DNA of 64,000 bases, from contig CDROCS010005394.1 in NCBI GenBank assembly GCA_977020255.1, positions 1 through 64,000 of the forward strand, in the 5' to 3' direction. This document shows, piece after piece, positions 18,688-28,064 of this stretch (position 1 is the stretch's first letter; the number at the start of each line of letters is the position of its first letter). This DNA is from Obrimoposthia wandeli. Taxonomy: Eukaryota. The translations under genes and the position numbers were made by a program. The notes under the pieces were generated by a model. That model did no database searches, had not been told where the DNA came from, and worked only from the letters and a program-made list of their open reading frames with translations.

Positions 18688-19077
18688 TTATCCTAAATAG
18701 CTTTTTAGTTCAGCCATTATCGGCGCTATTGTCGGAGCACAAACGCGAGGTACGGCGTTAATATCAAACCAACTCACTTCACCACATAAATGCGGTTCTG
18801 CATTTGTGAGTTCACCTTGCCAATCATCACATACATAAACGTAATGCTGACAATCGACATTAGGATCTGGAAACTGAAATAAAAAAATGAGATTGCTAGG
18901 CTCAACACCCACTTCTTCTAATGATTCACGCAGCGCACTTACTTTCGGGGTTTCACCAAGTTCAATTCTTCCACCAGGAAGGCTCCACTGTAGATCGAGA
19001 AACTCGGTATTTTGACGAAAACTAAGCAGTACTTGAGAACCTTTGATGAAAACAATTTGGGCGACATCCTGATACAT
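18688..19077 (-). CDS. NUDIX hydrolase
   Basis: Nudix box GGRIELGETPKVSALRESLEEVG. Confidence 0.88.
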   Translation of the reverse strand: MYQDVAQIVFIKGSQVLLSFRQNTEFLDLQWSLPGGRIELGETPKVSALRESLEEVGVEPSNLIFLFQFPDPNVDCQHYVYVCDDWQGELTNAEPHLCGEVSWFDINAVPRVCAPTIAPIMAELKSYLG

Positions 19078-19112
19078 TACTTATCCTTAAAATCGTAATT
19101 GTTGTTTAAGGC

Positions 19113-19481
19113 TTACGGCTTACAATGAAAATTTAATTTATTACCGTCTAGATCTCTAAAATAAGCACAATAAAAGCCACCAGCACGCACACCTGGATCA
19201 CCTTCATTTTGTCCACCTAACGCTAATGCTTTTTTATGCAACTTATCTACCTCTTCAACCGAAGAAACACTTAAAGCAACCATGGTGCCATTACCGTAAC
19301 TTGCATCTTCACCATCAAACGGGCTGCCGATTGCGAGCTTAGGTTTTCCTTCACCAAAACTCCACGCTAAAAATGTTTTCGAATCAGCTACTTTTTCTGC
19401 CCCCATCATCTTCATTAAAGAGCTGTAAAAATAACGCGAAACGTCGATATTTTGTGATCCTAACATTACATATCCAATCAT
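19113..19481 (-). CDS. VOC/glyoxalase family protein
   Basis: PFDG...GNGTMVAL and FYCAYFRDLDGNKL motifs. Confidence 0.85.
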   Translation of the reverse strand: MIGYVMLGSQNIDVSRYFYSSLMKMMGAEKVADSKTFLAWSFGEGKPKLAIGSPFDGEDASYGNGTMVALSVSSVEEVDKLHKKALALGGQNEGDPGVRAGGFYCAYFRDLDGNKLNFHCKP

Positions 19482-19581
19482 TCATATTCTCCTATCAGAA
19501 ATTGAGTTCACTTTACTCTGCGATAAACAATGCAGGCATAATAGCTGCTATTATATATTCGATTTTTACTTATTCAACTTG

Positions 19582-20022
19582 TTACTTCGCGACCAAATAT
19601 GACAATATTTCCACAATTTGACTTGGTGAAGTAGCCCAAGATTGCGCTGAACCATCCACTTCTTTTAACGCATGGATCAGGCTTTCATCATGCAGGGTAA
19701 TATAAGGTTTACCCAAAGCCGCGCAATAACCGGCATCGAACGCAGCATTCCACTGCTTATACTTGTCCCCGAAGCGTATCACTGCAAGATCACAATTTTT
19801 GATAGCGGTTTGAATACGAATTGCGTTCACTTTTGATGATTTATGATCACGCCAAAATGAAGTACTTTCGTCACCTAAACAATCGCCAGCGGCATCACTT
19901 GCTTCATGATTTGTTATTGCTGAGGTAAATTGAATATCGAGGCCTTTCTGCTCGCAACCATTAATAATTTGTGCGCGCCAATCACTGTGAATTTCACCTG
20001 ATAAATAAACAACGTATTTCAT
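19582..20022 (-). CDS. YtoQ family protein
   Basis: VYLSGEIHSDWR, HEASD and KYKQWNAAFDAG motifs. Confidence 0.8.
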   Translation of the reverse strand: MKYVVYLSGEIHSDWRAQIINGCEQKGLDIQFTSAITNHEASDAAGDCLGDESTSFWRDHKSSKVNAIRIQTAIKNCDLAVIRFGDKYKQWNAAFDAGYCAALGKPYITLHDESLIHALKEVDGSAQSWATSPSQIVEILSYLVAK

Positions 20023-20080
20023 ATATTTCACCTATTAAGTTGTGCTGAATTGTATTGAATTTAATATAATTGAAAATTTA

Positions 20081-20398
20081 TTATATGCCGTAATCTCGTT
20101 CTACTTTTGAAATACGAACTTTAAAAGAATCATACCAAGACTCACGACCCGTCTTTTGCGCCGCTAAATGTTCAGTGTTCGCTTTCCAATGTTTAATTGA
20201 CTCTAGATCGGCCCAATAAGACACGGTTATCCCCACGCTTTCCCTTGCTGATTCCACGCCCAGAAACCCAGGTTGCAGCTCAGCTAATTCAACCATTCGA
20301 TTGGCCATTTCATCATAACCATGATCACCGTCTGTACGGGTTGACGTAAAAATAACAGCAAAATAAGGTGGTTTAGGTGTATTGGCAATAACTGACAT
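20081..20398 (-). CDS. Antibiotic biosynthesis monooxygenase family protein
   Basis: TPKPPYFAVIFTS, QPGFLGVES and ITVSYW motifs; AGGAG RBS. Confidence 0.85.
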   Translation of the reverse strand: MSVIANTPKPPYFAVIFTSTRTDGDHGYDEMANRMVELAELQPGFLGVESARESVGITVSYWADLESIKHWKANTEHLAAQKTGRESWYDSFKVRISKVERDYGI

Positions 20399-20512
20399 TT
20401 TATCTCCTAAATATTTCATTCTGAAACACCAGAGGCAGCACATACCGGCACTGGTGCGTGGTTTTAACTTTTGGTTAGTATGCGATGTTTTTCAAGGTAG
20501 TTGTTCTATTGA

Positions 20513-21139
20513 TTAGCTTTTTACCGACGCCATTTTTACCCCAGCGAAAATTAACATACAACCAGCAGAACGATTTATCAATTTAGTTACAATGGGTTTT
20601 ATGCCCACACTCATTGATTTGAACCCTAAATACCCATATAGCGAATAACAAAAAAGGTCTATAAAAAGAGTGATTAAACACAATATAGCTAACTGAGGAA
20701 TGATCGGATTAGCTATATCAATAAACTGTGGCAGTAATGCTGAGAAATATAAAAGTGCTTTTGGGTTCGATATCTCTAAAATAAAGCCTTTCAAAAATAC
20801 TTTATACCAGCTGCCTTTTTTATTATCTGACTTGTTAATCTTTAAAGGGCCTGCATCACTAAAAATTGCACTGAACCCAAGATACAGAAGGTATGCAACA
20901 CCTACCCATTTAATTATCGAGAACAGACTGTGCGACGCAATGAGGAGTCCAGCGATACCTGTCGCCGACAAGAAGAAAAACACAACATTTGCTATCGCAA
21001 TACCTAATATCACCCAAACAGAACTTTTAAATCCATTGGACGCAGACTCAGCCGTGACAGCGATTGCAGCAGGTCCAGGTGAAAGCACCACGACAAAAGT
21101 AGCGGCTATAAAAAGCATCAATGTATCTAACGGGATCAT
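20513..21139 (-). CDS. LysE/RhtB family exporter
   Basis: LSPGPA, GVAYLLYLG and SNPKALLYF motifs. Confidence 0.88.
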   Translation of the reverse strand: MIPLDTLMLFIAATFVVVLSPGPAAIAVTAESASNGFKSSVWVILGIAIANVVFFFLSATGIAGLLIASHSLFSIIKWVGVAYLLYLGFSAIFSDAGPLKINKSDNKKGSWYKVFLKGFILEISNPKALLYFSALLPQFIDIANPIIPQLAILCLITLFIDLFCYSLYGYLGFKSMSVGIKPIVTKLINRSAGCMLIFAGVKMASVKS

Positions 21140-21430
21140 GTGAACCTCCTAAATTAACGTATTCACAATACATTAACAATTTAAGGGTTCGAGGTAAACG
21201 TTCGCGACCATTAAAGCTTGTTTTCAGTAGCGCTGAGAATTCAAATTAAAGGTCGACGTGCAGTTATCGCGTTATTCTGATGCTCATATTAGAAATGTTA
21301 ACTCGCTATTGTTTTTGACATATTATAGCCAGTAATAGCAAAGCCAACTTACTTGAGTATTAAAAAGCTGATAGTGCAAAAATGAAACTGGCTCACATAG
21401 GATGATACTAAGCTTAAGGGTTTAACTTTA

Positions 21431-21835
21431 TTAAGACTTACCAAGGGCGCGCATTATATCTCTCCAAGAGAGTATACCGACTAGTTTTCCTTCGTGACAG
21501 GTGATTGGTATACAAGATATTTCTTTAGTGTTAAATACATCAATTGCCTCTTTCACTGTGGCATCACTCGTTATTGATACAGGCTTACGCGTCATTATTT
21601 GATGCACTCTTATATTAAGACAAGCGAGATCCTTATAAGTCGCGGCTATGCTGTCGATGTTGGGACTCAGTGATTTTAATAAGTCTCGGTCAGAAATAAC
21701 ACCGACTAATTGTCCTGACTCCACAACCAACAAATGATGAAATTTAGTTTTGTTAAATATATCTTTCACTTTACTCAGGGGGTCATCACATTTTACTGTA
21801 ATAACACTCCCAGTCATCAATTTGCTAACTTTCAT
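21431..21835 (-). CDS. CBS-domain pair protein
   Basis: VSKLMT, HLLVVE...LVGVISDRD, VHQIMT and LVGILSWRD motifs. Confidence 0.85.
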   Translation of the reverse strand: MKVSKLMTGSVITVKCDDPLSKVKDIFNKTKFHHLLVVESGQLVGVISDRDLLKSLSPNIDSIAATYKDLACLNIRVHQIMTRKPVSITSDATVKEAIDVFNTKEISCIPITCHEGKLVGILSWRDIMRALGKS

Positions 21836-21980
21836 TGTACACTCCCCAATGAACCTTAAAGAAGGTTATACATGATGTTGTATAACCTTCTTTAAATTAT
21901 CAACAATATATTTTAATAACAATGCAATAAAAAATAATTAACGTAAATATGCGATATTGAAACTAAGAATTGTATTTATA

Positions 21981-22017
21981 CAACTCAAATCAACTCAAAT
22001 CAACTCAAATCAACTCA
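21981..22017. repeat. 10-bp tandem repeat (CAACTCAAAT x3.7) containing the sbcC stop codon
   Basis: Read directly from the sequence. Confidence 0.9.
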
Positions 22018-25000
22018 CAACTGTAAACGAACTTAGCCCCAATCCACTGCCCTTGTTCACTTTTACTTGCACTGGAATACGCTCTTTCAATGCTTCTACG
22101 TGGCTAATAACACCAATCATTTTGCCTGACGCATTTAAGTTATCGAGTGCATCCAAAGCGATGTCTAATGTCTCGGCATCGAGCGTACCAAAGCCTTCAT
22201 CAAGGAATAACGAGTCAATGCTGGTCTTATGGCTAACCAAGTCAGACAAGCCTAGCGCCAGTGCCAAGCTCACTAAGAAGCTCTCTCCGCCGGATAAGGT
22301 TTTGGTATCACGCACTGCATCGGCTAACCATGTATCTACGACCTGCAAGGCCAAGGCTTCACTGCCTGATGCCAGTTTACGTTGCAACTGATAACGGCTG
22401 TGTAAGCGGTCTAACTGTTGGTTGGCTAAGGTAACCAAATGATCCAGCGTTAAGCCTTGTGCAAAGCGGCGGAACTTACTGCCATCTTTCGAACCAATCA
22501 AACTATGTAGATAGGCTTTATCATCGTAGTCAGCTTCACAGGCTTTAATCTGCTGATAGAAATCAGCTAAATCAGCGCTACGAGCTGCATCATCAGCAAG
22601 GCGCTGCTTTAACTCACCTTGACGCTGTAAACCTTGGTTTAGCTGAGTCGTTATCTCGTCTAACTGAGCAACCAGAGTGGCAATGTCTAATTCAGTTAAT
22701 GGTGTCTGTTGCAGTGTAAGCAAATGCTCATTGGCTTGTTCAAACAGCGCCTGACAACGGGTTAGCGTCGCGGTTAGTTGTGATTTAAGCGCCAATAAAC
22801 GTTGCTTTTCTTCTGCTGGTAATAACGCTTGGTTAAACTCAGTTTCAGTAGTAAAAGGACTTGCAGCTAATGCCAGTTGCCACGTCGCTAAACAGTCGCT
22901 TGATTCTTGCTGTTGCTGCGTCAAACCTTGCTGTAATGTCGTCAATTCACCTTGCTGTGCATGCAACTGATTCGATAATGCATTACTTTGCATTGAACTG
23001 GCTTGATATGCTTGTTCTGCGGTAGTTAATTGCTGCTGCATTGCTTGTCTTGCATCTGCCACGCTGCGCTGACCAAATAACTGCTGACGTTGCTGCTCTT
23101 TATCAACCAAAATAACAGACAAACTAGACAAGGTTTCTGATGTCTGCGCTATCGCAACGTCCAATTTCGTCAACTGCTGACGTAAAGGTGTTAACTGACT
23201 TTCTGCCCCGACATACTGCTCATTCGCCGATTGTAATAACTGCGCTTGTTGTTCCCACGTTTGCAGTGCTTGCTGGCATTGTACTAACCAGTTATCAAGC
23301 TGCGTCCATTCCGGTAACGTAAGGCCTAACTCGGTCACGCTATTCATTAATGCTTGTTGTAGTTCCGTTAATACTTGCGCTTGTTGCAGGGCGTCTTGTG
23401 TTAACTTCTGCTCAGCATCTTGCGCGGCTTTTACATCACGGTTCACTAACTCTATTTGATGTTGCAGCTGTGCACTGTTCTTATCGAATTCCGTTAAGGT
23501 TAGCTGCGTATTTTGTAACTGTATGTTCGCGGTTTTTAAGGCTTGAAGTCGTTGTGATAACTGCGTAAGTTGCATGCCTTGCTGCTGGATAAATGCCTGA
23601 GTATTAGCGCTATCAGCGATCATCAGGTTAGCGTTAAGCTGCTGATTATGATCCTGCCATTGCGCAATCAAGGATCCTAACTGTGGCTGTAATGTCGCAT
23701 TACGACGATTAAAGTTATCCAGCTTGGTATTGGCTTCGACAACGCTATTTTTAAGCTCTCCGCCCTCGGTTTCTATCTGTTTTAAATCGAGATCTAACTG
23801 GCTCTTACGTTGCACAGTCAATGAATCGGCTATGTGCTGATATTCAGCGATCAGTGGATGCTCGGTCGAACCACATAACTGACAAGCTTGCCCTACTTCT
23901 AACTGGCTGCGCAATTTTTCTAGGCTGGCGATTTTATGTTCTTGTTCTAATAAACGCTGAACATCATTCAATTCGTTCTTTTTACTTTTAAACAACTCGC
24001 GCTTGGCACTGATCTCAACATTAATACCGGCAAGTTGTTGCTCTAGTGCAACCATGCTTGCTTGGTTAGTTTCAAACTCTTGCGACTCGCCCAGGTAACG
24101 CTGTTGTAAACCCGATAGCTGATCAACAATGCCCTGCAAACGTGATTGTTGGCTCAAAGCCTGTTCAAGCTCGATTAAGTCATCACCCGCGAGTAAATCG
24201 GCTACATGCTGCTGCGCTTGATTAACCGCGTACTTTACCGATGATTCACGCTCTGCATTGGCAGTCACCTTGTTCGCTAACTGCTGCTGCGCGCTAACGC
24301 TTTGCTGTAATGATTGCTGATTAGCAACCACTTGCTGTTGCAGTGACGTGACAAGTGTTTGCTGTTGATTACATTGTTGTATCTGGCTTTGCCATAACGG
24401 TAATCGGGTACTTAACTGCGCATCTTGGGCATGTTGCTGTTGATAGTCTTGGCATGCATTGACCGTAGCCTTCGCTGTTTCTGCTGTGCGCGTTAATGTA
24501 GCGAGGTTCTGCTGGGTTGTTTGCAGTTCAGTATTTTGCTGTTGCTGTTGTGATGTTAATTGCAGCTGCTCTTTGCTTAACTGCGCACAATCATTATCCA
24601 ATGGCATGATCTGCTCATTGATTAATGTTTCTTGTGCTTGGCTTTGCTGCTTGCTGGCATCAAGTTGTGTTTGGCTCGATTGCAGTTTTAGTTGGTTATC
24701 AGCAACCGCCGTTTGCGCGGTAACAACTGACGTTTGTAATATCTGCTGCTGCTGTTCTAACGCCGCCAGTTTTGTATTGGCTTGGCTTAAATGGGTAAAA
24801 GGTAAACGTAATGCTTCTGCAGGTTCAGCTTGTTCCAATCTATTTAATTCGGGCTGTTGCGTTGTCGCCTGTTGTTCTGCATTCGCTAAACTTACTTGCG
24901 CTTCAGTGACGCTGACTTGTGCTTTTCCCAGTTGATCACGCCATTGCTTCTGCTGTTGTAAGCTGGTTTGCTGCTGCGTTAAATCGGACACTAAGGTTTC

Positions 25001-25681
25001 GACATTGCTTTGTTCAGTGACAATCTCGCCGCGTTGCTCGTCATTGAGTAAGTTAACGCCATCCGCTTTAGCGCGTAATTTATCTAATTCTGCTTTCGCC
25101 ACATTATGGCTTTCAAATACCGCTTGCGAGATCTGGCCGTAAATTTCGGTACCAGTCAGTTCTTCTAATAACTCCGCGCGGTCGTTCGCTTTGGCGTTCA
25201 AAAACGCAGCAAATTCGCCTTGCGATAACAACATAGATTTACGGAAACGTGAAAAATCCAATCCCGTGATCTCAGCCACCAGCTGCTTTTTCAAATTGAT
25301 TTGGCTAGCAAGAATGTCACCCGACACCACTTCAGCCAACTCGACCTTCATGTCTTGTAAATTACCCTCCGGACTATTTTTAGCACGGCGCTGACTCCAG
25401 CTAGCACGGTAACCTTTACCCTTAACTTCAAATTCAACTTCAGCTGCACATTCCGCCGTATTACGGGTCATGACCTCGTTCTGAGATTTCGATATCGCCA
25501 GTCGTGGTGTCTCGTGATACAAGGCCAAACAGATCGCATCTAAAATCGTAGTTTTACCCGCGCCCGTTGGTCCTGTAATAGCAAACAAACCATTACTTAA
25601 AAAGGGTTCTTGGTCGAAGTTAAGCTGCCACTCACCTTTTAATGAGTTAATATTTTTAAAGGAAAGACGTTTAATCTTCAT
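22010..25681 (-). CDS. sbcC: SbcC (Rad50-like) ATPase subunit
   Basis: GPTGAGKTT, long coiled coils, zinc hook CQLC, LSGGE, LFLDEGFGTLD and GVISH. Confidence 0.93.
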   Translation of the reverse strand: MKIKRLSFKNINSLKGEWQLNFDQEPFLSNGLFAITGPTGAGKTTILDAICLALYHETPRLAISKSQNEVMTRNTAECAAEVEFEVKGKGYRASWSQRRAKNSPEGNLQDMKVELAEVVSGDILASQINLKKQLVAEITGLDFSRFRKSMLLSQGEFAAFLNAKANDRAELLEELTGTEIYGQISQAVFESHNVAKAELDKLRAKADGVNLLNDEQRGEIVTEQSNVETLVSDLTQQQTSLQQQKQWRDQLGKAQVSVTEAQVSLANAEQQATTQQPELNRLEQAEPAEALRLPFTHLSQANTKLAALEQQQQILQTSVVTAQTAVADNQLKLQSSQTQLDASKQQSQAQETLINEQIMPLDNDCAQLSKEQLQLTSQQQQQNTELQTTQQNLATLTRTAETAKATVNACQDYQQQHAQDAQLSTRLPLWQSQIQQCNQQQTLVTSLQQQVVANQQSLQQSVSAQQQLANKVTANAERESSVKYAVNQAQQHVADLLAGDDLIELEQALSQQSRLQGIVDQLSGLQQRYLGESQEFETNQASMVALEQQLAGINVEISAKRELFKSKKNELNDVQRLLEQEHKIASLEKLRSQLEVGQACQLCGSTEHPLIAEYQHIADSLTVQRKSQLDLDLKQIETEGGELKNSVVEANTKLDNFNRRNATLQPQLGSLIAQWQDHNQQLNANLMIADSANTQAFIQQQGMQLTQLSQRLQALKTANIQLQNTQLTLTEFDKNSAQLQHQIELVNRDVKAAQDAEQKLTQDALQQAQVLTELQQALMNSVTELGLTLPEWTQLDNWLVQCQQALQTWEQQAQLLQSANEQYVGAESQLTPLRQQLTKLDVAIAQTSETLSSLSVILVDKEQQRQQLFGQRSVADARQAMQQQLTTAEQAYQASSMQSNALSNQLHAQQGELTTLQQGLTQQQQESSDCLATWQLALAASPFTTETEFNQALLPAEEKQRLLALKSQLTATLTRCQALFEQANEHLLTLQQTPLTELDIATLVAQLDEITTQLNQGLQRQGELKQRLADDAARSADLADFYQQIKACEADYDDKAYLHSLIGSKDGSKFRRFAQGLTLDHLVTLANQQLDRLHSRYQLQRKLASGSEALALQVVDTWLADAVRDTKTLSGGESFLVSLALALGLSDLVSHKTSIDSLFLDEGFGTLDAETLDIALDALDNLNASGKMIGVISHVEALKERIPVQVKVNKGSGLGLSSFTVVS

Positions 25682-26919
25682 TATTTTTCCTCCTGAGTTG
25701 CATGCTCTACTTGCTCAACAATTTGGCTAAACGCTAACTCGATACGTGATTTACGGGCAATTTCCGCATCAGTAGTAAATTCAACGCCTTCTAAACAACG
25801 TTGAAAAACATCATTGACCGACAATTCTGATAAGGTTTCTTTTACTGGGCTATGCAAATGCTGCTCTCTGTCTTTACGGGCACGACGCACTTGTAATACT
25901 TCAACAGGTAAGTCAGTAGTCATCATTTCGATACGAGTTTGTAAATCGGTTAAATAATCTTGTTCTTGCACTTCAATGCTTAGCCAAACCGGCAGTTCAC
26001 CTTCGTGAGTTTTAAACTGGGCTAATTGCGCTTCAATACTTTCTAGGTTGCCTTTCAATACTTGCATAGGCTGAAACTGGGGAATGGTTAATTCCGTTAC
26101 CGCATCTAACTTCCCTTGTGAAAAGCTGACTAAATTAACGCTCTTTTGCTGCTTCACTTCATCAAAACTTAATGGAATTGGCGAACCGCTATAACGAATA
26201 TGTTCTGACTTAGCGACTTTCTGCGCGCGATGAATATGACCAAGGGCAATGTAATCTGCAGCAGGGAATTGATTAGCGGGGAATGCTTCCAGCGTACCAA
26301 TGTAAATATCACGAACCGACTCAGTCACCGATACGCCTAATGCGGTCAAATGGCCAGTAGCAATAATCGGTACTGCAATGCCAAGAGCTTCACGTTTTTG
26401 CTGTGCCAGCTGATACAAGCCAGCATAATGTTCAGTAATAGCCGAACCTAAACGTTGCTGCTTTTCAGTGCCAGACTGCCATGCTTCACTTTGCATCACG
26501 TCTCGCGGACGTACAAACGGGACAGCGCAAAGTAATGCGCCGACGTCGCCAGCTCTATTTTTTAATGTTAAAACCTGCTGCTCTAAATCCAGCGACACAC
26601 TCGAGATAACTTGGGTATTGAGTTGCGATAATAATTGCTTTGATTCATTTAATGTCGCCACGGAATCATGATTACCCGCTAGAATAATTAACTGGCACTG
26701 CACTTTACTGATCGCGACAACAAAACTATTGTATAACTCGCGCGCATAACTTGGCGGCGTACCGGTATCAAAAATGTCACCCGCGACAATAACTGCATCG
26801 ACTTGATGCTGTTCTATCTGTTCGAGCAACCAAGCCATAAAACAACTGTGTTCGTTAGCGCGGCTTTTAGTAATGAAATGCTGGCCAAGGTGCCAATCTG
26901 AGGTGTGCAGTATTTTCAT
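25681..26919 (-). CDS. sbcD: SbcD (Mre11-like) nuclease subunit
   Basis: LHTSDWHLG, AGDIFD, GNHD and LGHIH motifs; abuts sbcC. Confidence 0.93.
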   Translation of the reverse strand: MKILHTSDWHLGQHFITKSRANEHSCFMAWLLEQIEQHQVDAVIVAGDIFDTGTPPSYARELYNSFVVAISKVQCQLIILAGNHDSVATLNESKQLLSQLNTQVISSVSLDLEQQVLTLKNRAGDVGALLCAVPFVRPRDVMQSEAWQSGTEKQQRLGSAITEHYAGLYQLAQQKREALGIAVPIIATGHLTALGVSVTESVRDIYIGTLEAFPANQFPAADYIALGHIHRAQKVAKSEHIRYSGSPIPLSFDEVKQQKSVNLVSFSQGKLDAVTELTIPQFQPMQVLKGNLESIEAQLAQFKTHEGELPVWLSIEVQEQDYLTDLQTRIEMMTTDLPVEVLQVRRARKDREQHLHSPVKETLSELSVNDVFQRCLEGVEFTTDAEIARKSRIELAFSQIVEQVEHATQEEK

Positions 26920-26970
26920 GAAACGTTGGTTTCCTAGCGGTAAAGGTAAGCTATCGCTAGTGTAGATAAA

Positions 26971-26990
26971 TACTGGTTTTACTTCCAGTT
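26971..26990. promoter_or_regulatory. Possible LexA (SOS) box upstream of sbcD
   Basis: TACTGGTTTTACTTCCAGTT fits CTG-N10-CAG. Confidence 0.35.
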
Positions 26991-27078
26991 GTTTTAATAT
27001 TAATCGTTTAAGTTACAAAAATTTAACATACCACGATTTTATCAATATCGAACTGTGCGAGAATAGGCGTCCTGTACG

Positions 27079-27149
27079 AAAATAACAGCCCTGAGCAAGA
27101 TAACAGATCTGAGTTGGCTAACAGCCTTTGGCAAAATAACGCCCTGAGC
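27079..27149. repeat. Four imperfect 18-bp tandem direct repeats
   Basis: AAAATAACAGCCCTGAGC / AAGATAACAGATCTGAGT / TGGCTAACAGCCTTTGGC / AAAATAAC-GCCCTGAGC. Confidence 0.8.
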
Positions 27150-27192
27150 TGAAATCGTTTCACCACCCCATATTATAAAAGCAGTAGCGTCC

Positions 27193-27942
27193 ATGCAGAT
27201 ACACCAGATTAAAGGCTATATTCAAACGATTCTATTAGTTGAATATCCAGACAGGTTATTATTGCTTGATGGCGGCTGTCGTTGTGATGTAGCAATAATA
27301 AAAGCCTTCATTACCGATACACTCAAGCGTGAGATGGCGGATTTAACACTCGTATTGGTATCACATATGCACCCAGACCATGCTGGCGGCGCGCACTTAT
27401 TACGTAAACAGTTTGGCTGTAAAATTGCGTCTGTGGGTTTTGAGAAGCAGTGGTATCAGGGATTCAAAGGCCGAGTGGCACATACCATTGATGTCATGTT
27501 GGCGTTATATGTCGCGCGCCGTAAAGGTAAAAAACTGCAAAACATTTATTACCATCCCTACCTTAAACCGGATATTATTTTACAAGACCAAACCAGCGTC
27601 CCTGACTTTGATGATTGGATGGTGCACTTTACGCCCGGACATACCGACCGTGATTTATCATTTTTACACCAACCAACGCAGCAGATGTATGTCGGTGATA
27701 TGATCTTAAAACTGCGTAATAAGTTCGCCTCACCCTTTCCCATCTATCAGCCCGATGCCTACAAGCAGTCACTGAACAAATTATTACAACTCAACATCAG
27801 TAAAATCTTAATGGCGCACGATGGTTATACCGAAATTAACCCTGAAGACATTCAGCGCTTGATAGATAAGAGTACAAATCACCCACTTACTGTCGTCAAT
27901 GTGATTAAAAATAAACTGACCAAGCGCAGGCAAATAAAATAA
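27193..27942 (+). CDS. Metallo-beta-lactamase-fold hydrolase
   Basis: SHMHPDHAGG, TPGHT, VGD and MAH motifs. Confidence 0.88.
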   Translation: MQIHQIKGYIQTILLVEYPDRLLLLDGGCRCDVAIIKAFITDTLKREMADLTLVLVSHMHPDHAGGAHLLRKQFGCKIASVGFEKQWYQGFKGRVAHTIDVMLALYVARRKGKKLQNIYYHPYLKPDIILQDQTSVPDFDDWMVHFTPGHTDRDLSFLHQPTQQMYVGDMILKLRNKFASPFPIYQPDAYKQSLNKLLQLNISKILMAHDGYTEINPEDIQRLIDKSTNHPLTVVNVIKNKLTKRRQIK

Positions 27943-28064
27943 ACAGCAATAACAATAAAGAAAACCTAAAAATATTTCGTTTAGCGACTTTTTTTTATAA
28001 ACAACATATGTTCAGCCATATCTAAGCATTATTATCGCACTCTAAAATTCTTAGTGGTGTTATT

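Noticed and set aside
21957-25394. Plus-strand ORFs within sbcC (e.g. 21957-22391, 24459-24935)
   Set aside because: They are antisense to a conserved gene, and the Cys-rich composition reflects reversed Gln/Ala codons.
27079-27149. CRISPR-like array
   Set aside because: The repeats abut with no spacers, are only 18 bp and degenerate, and no cas genes are present.
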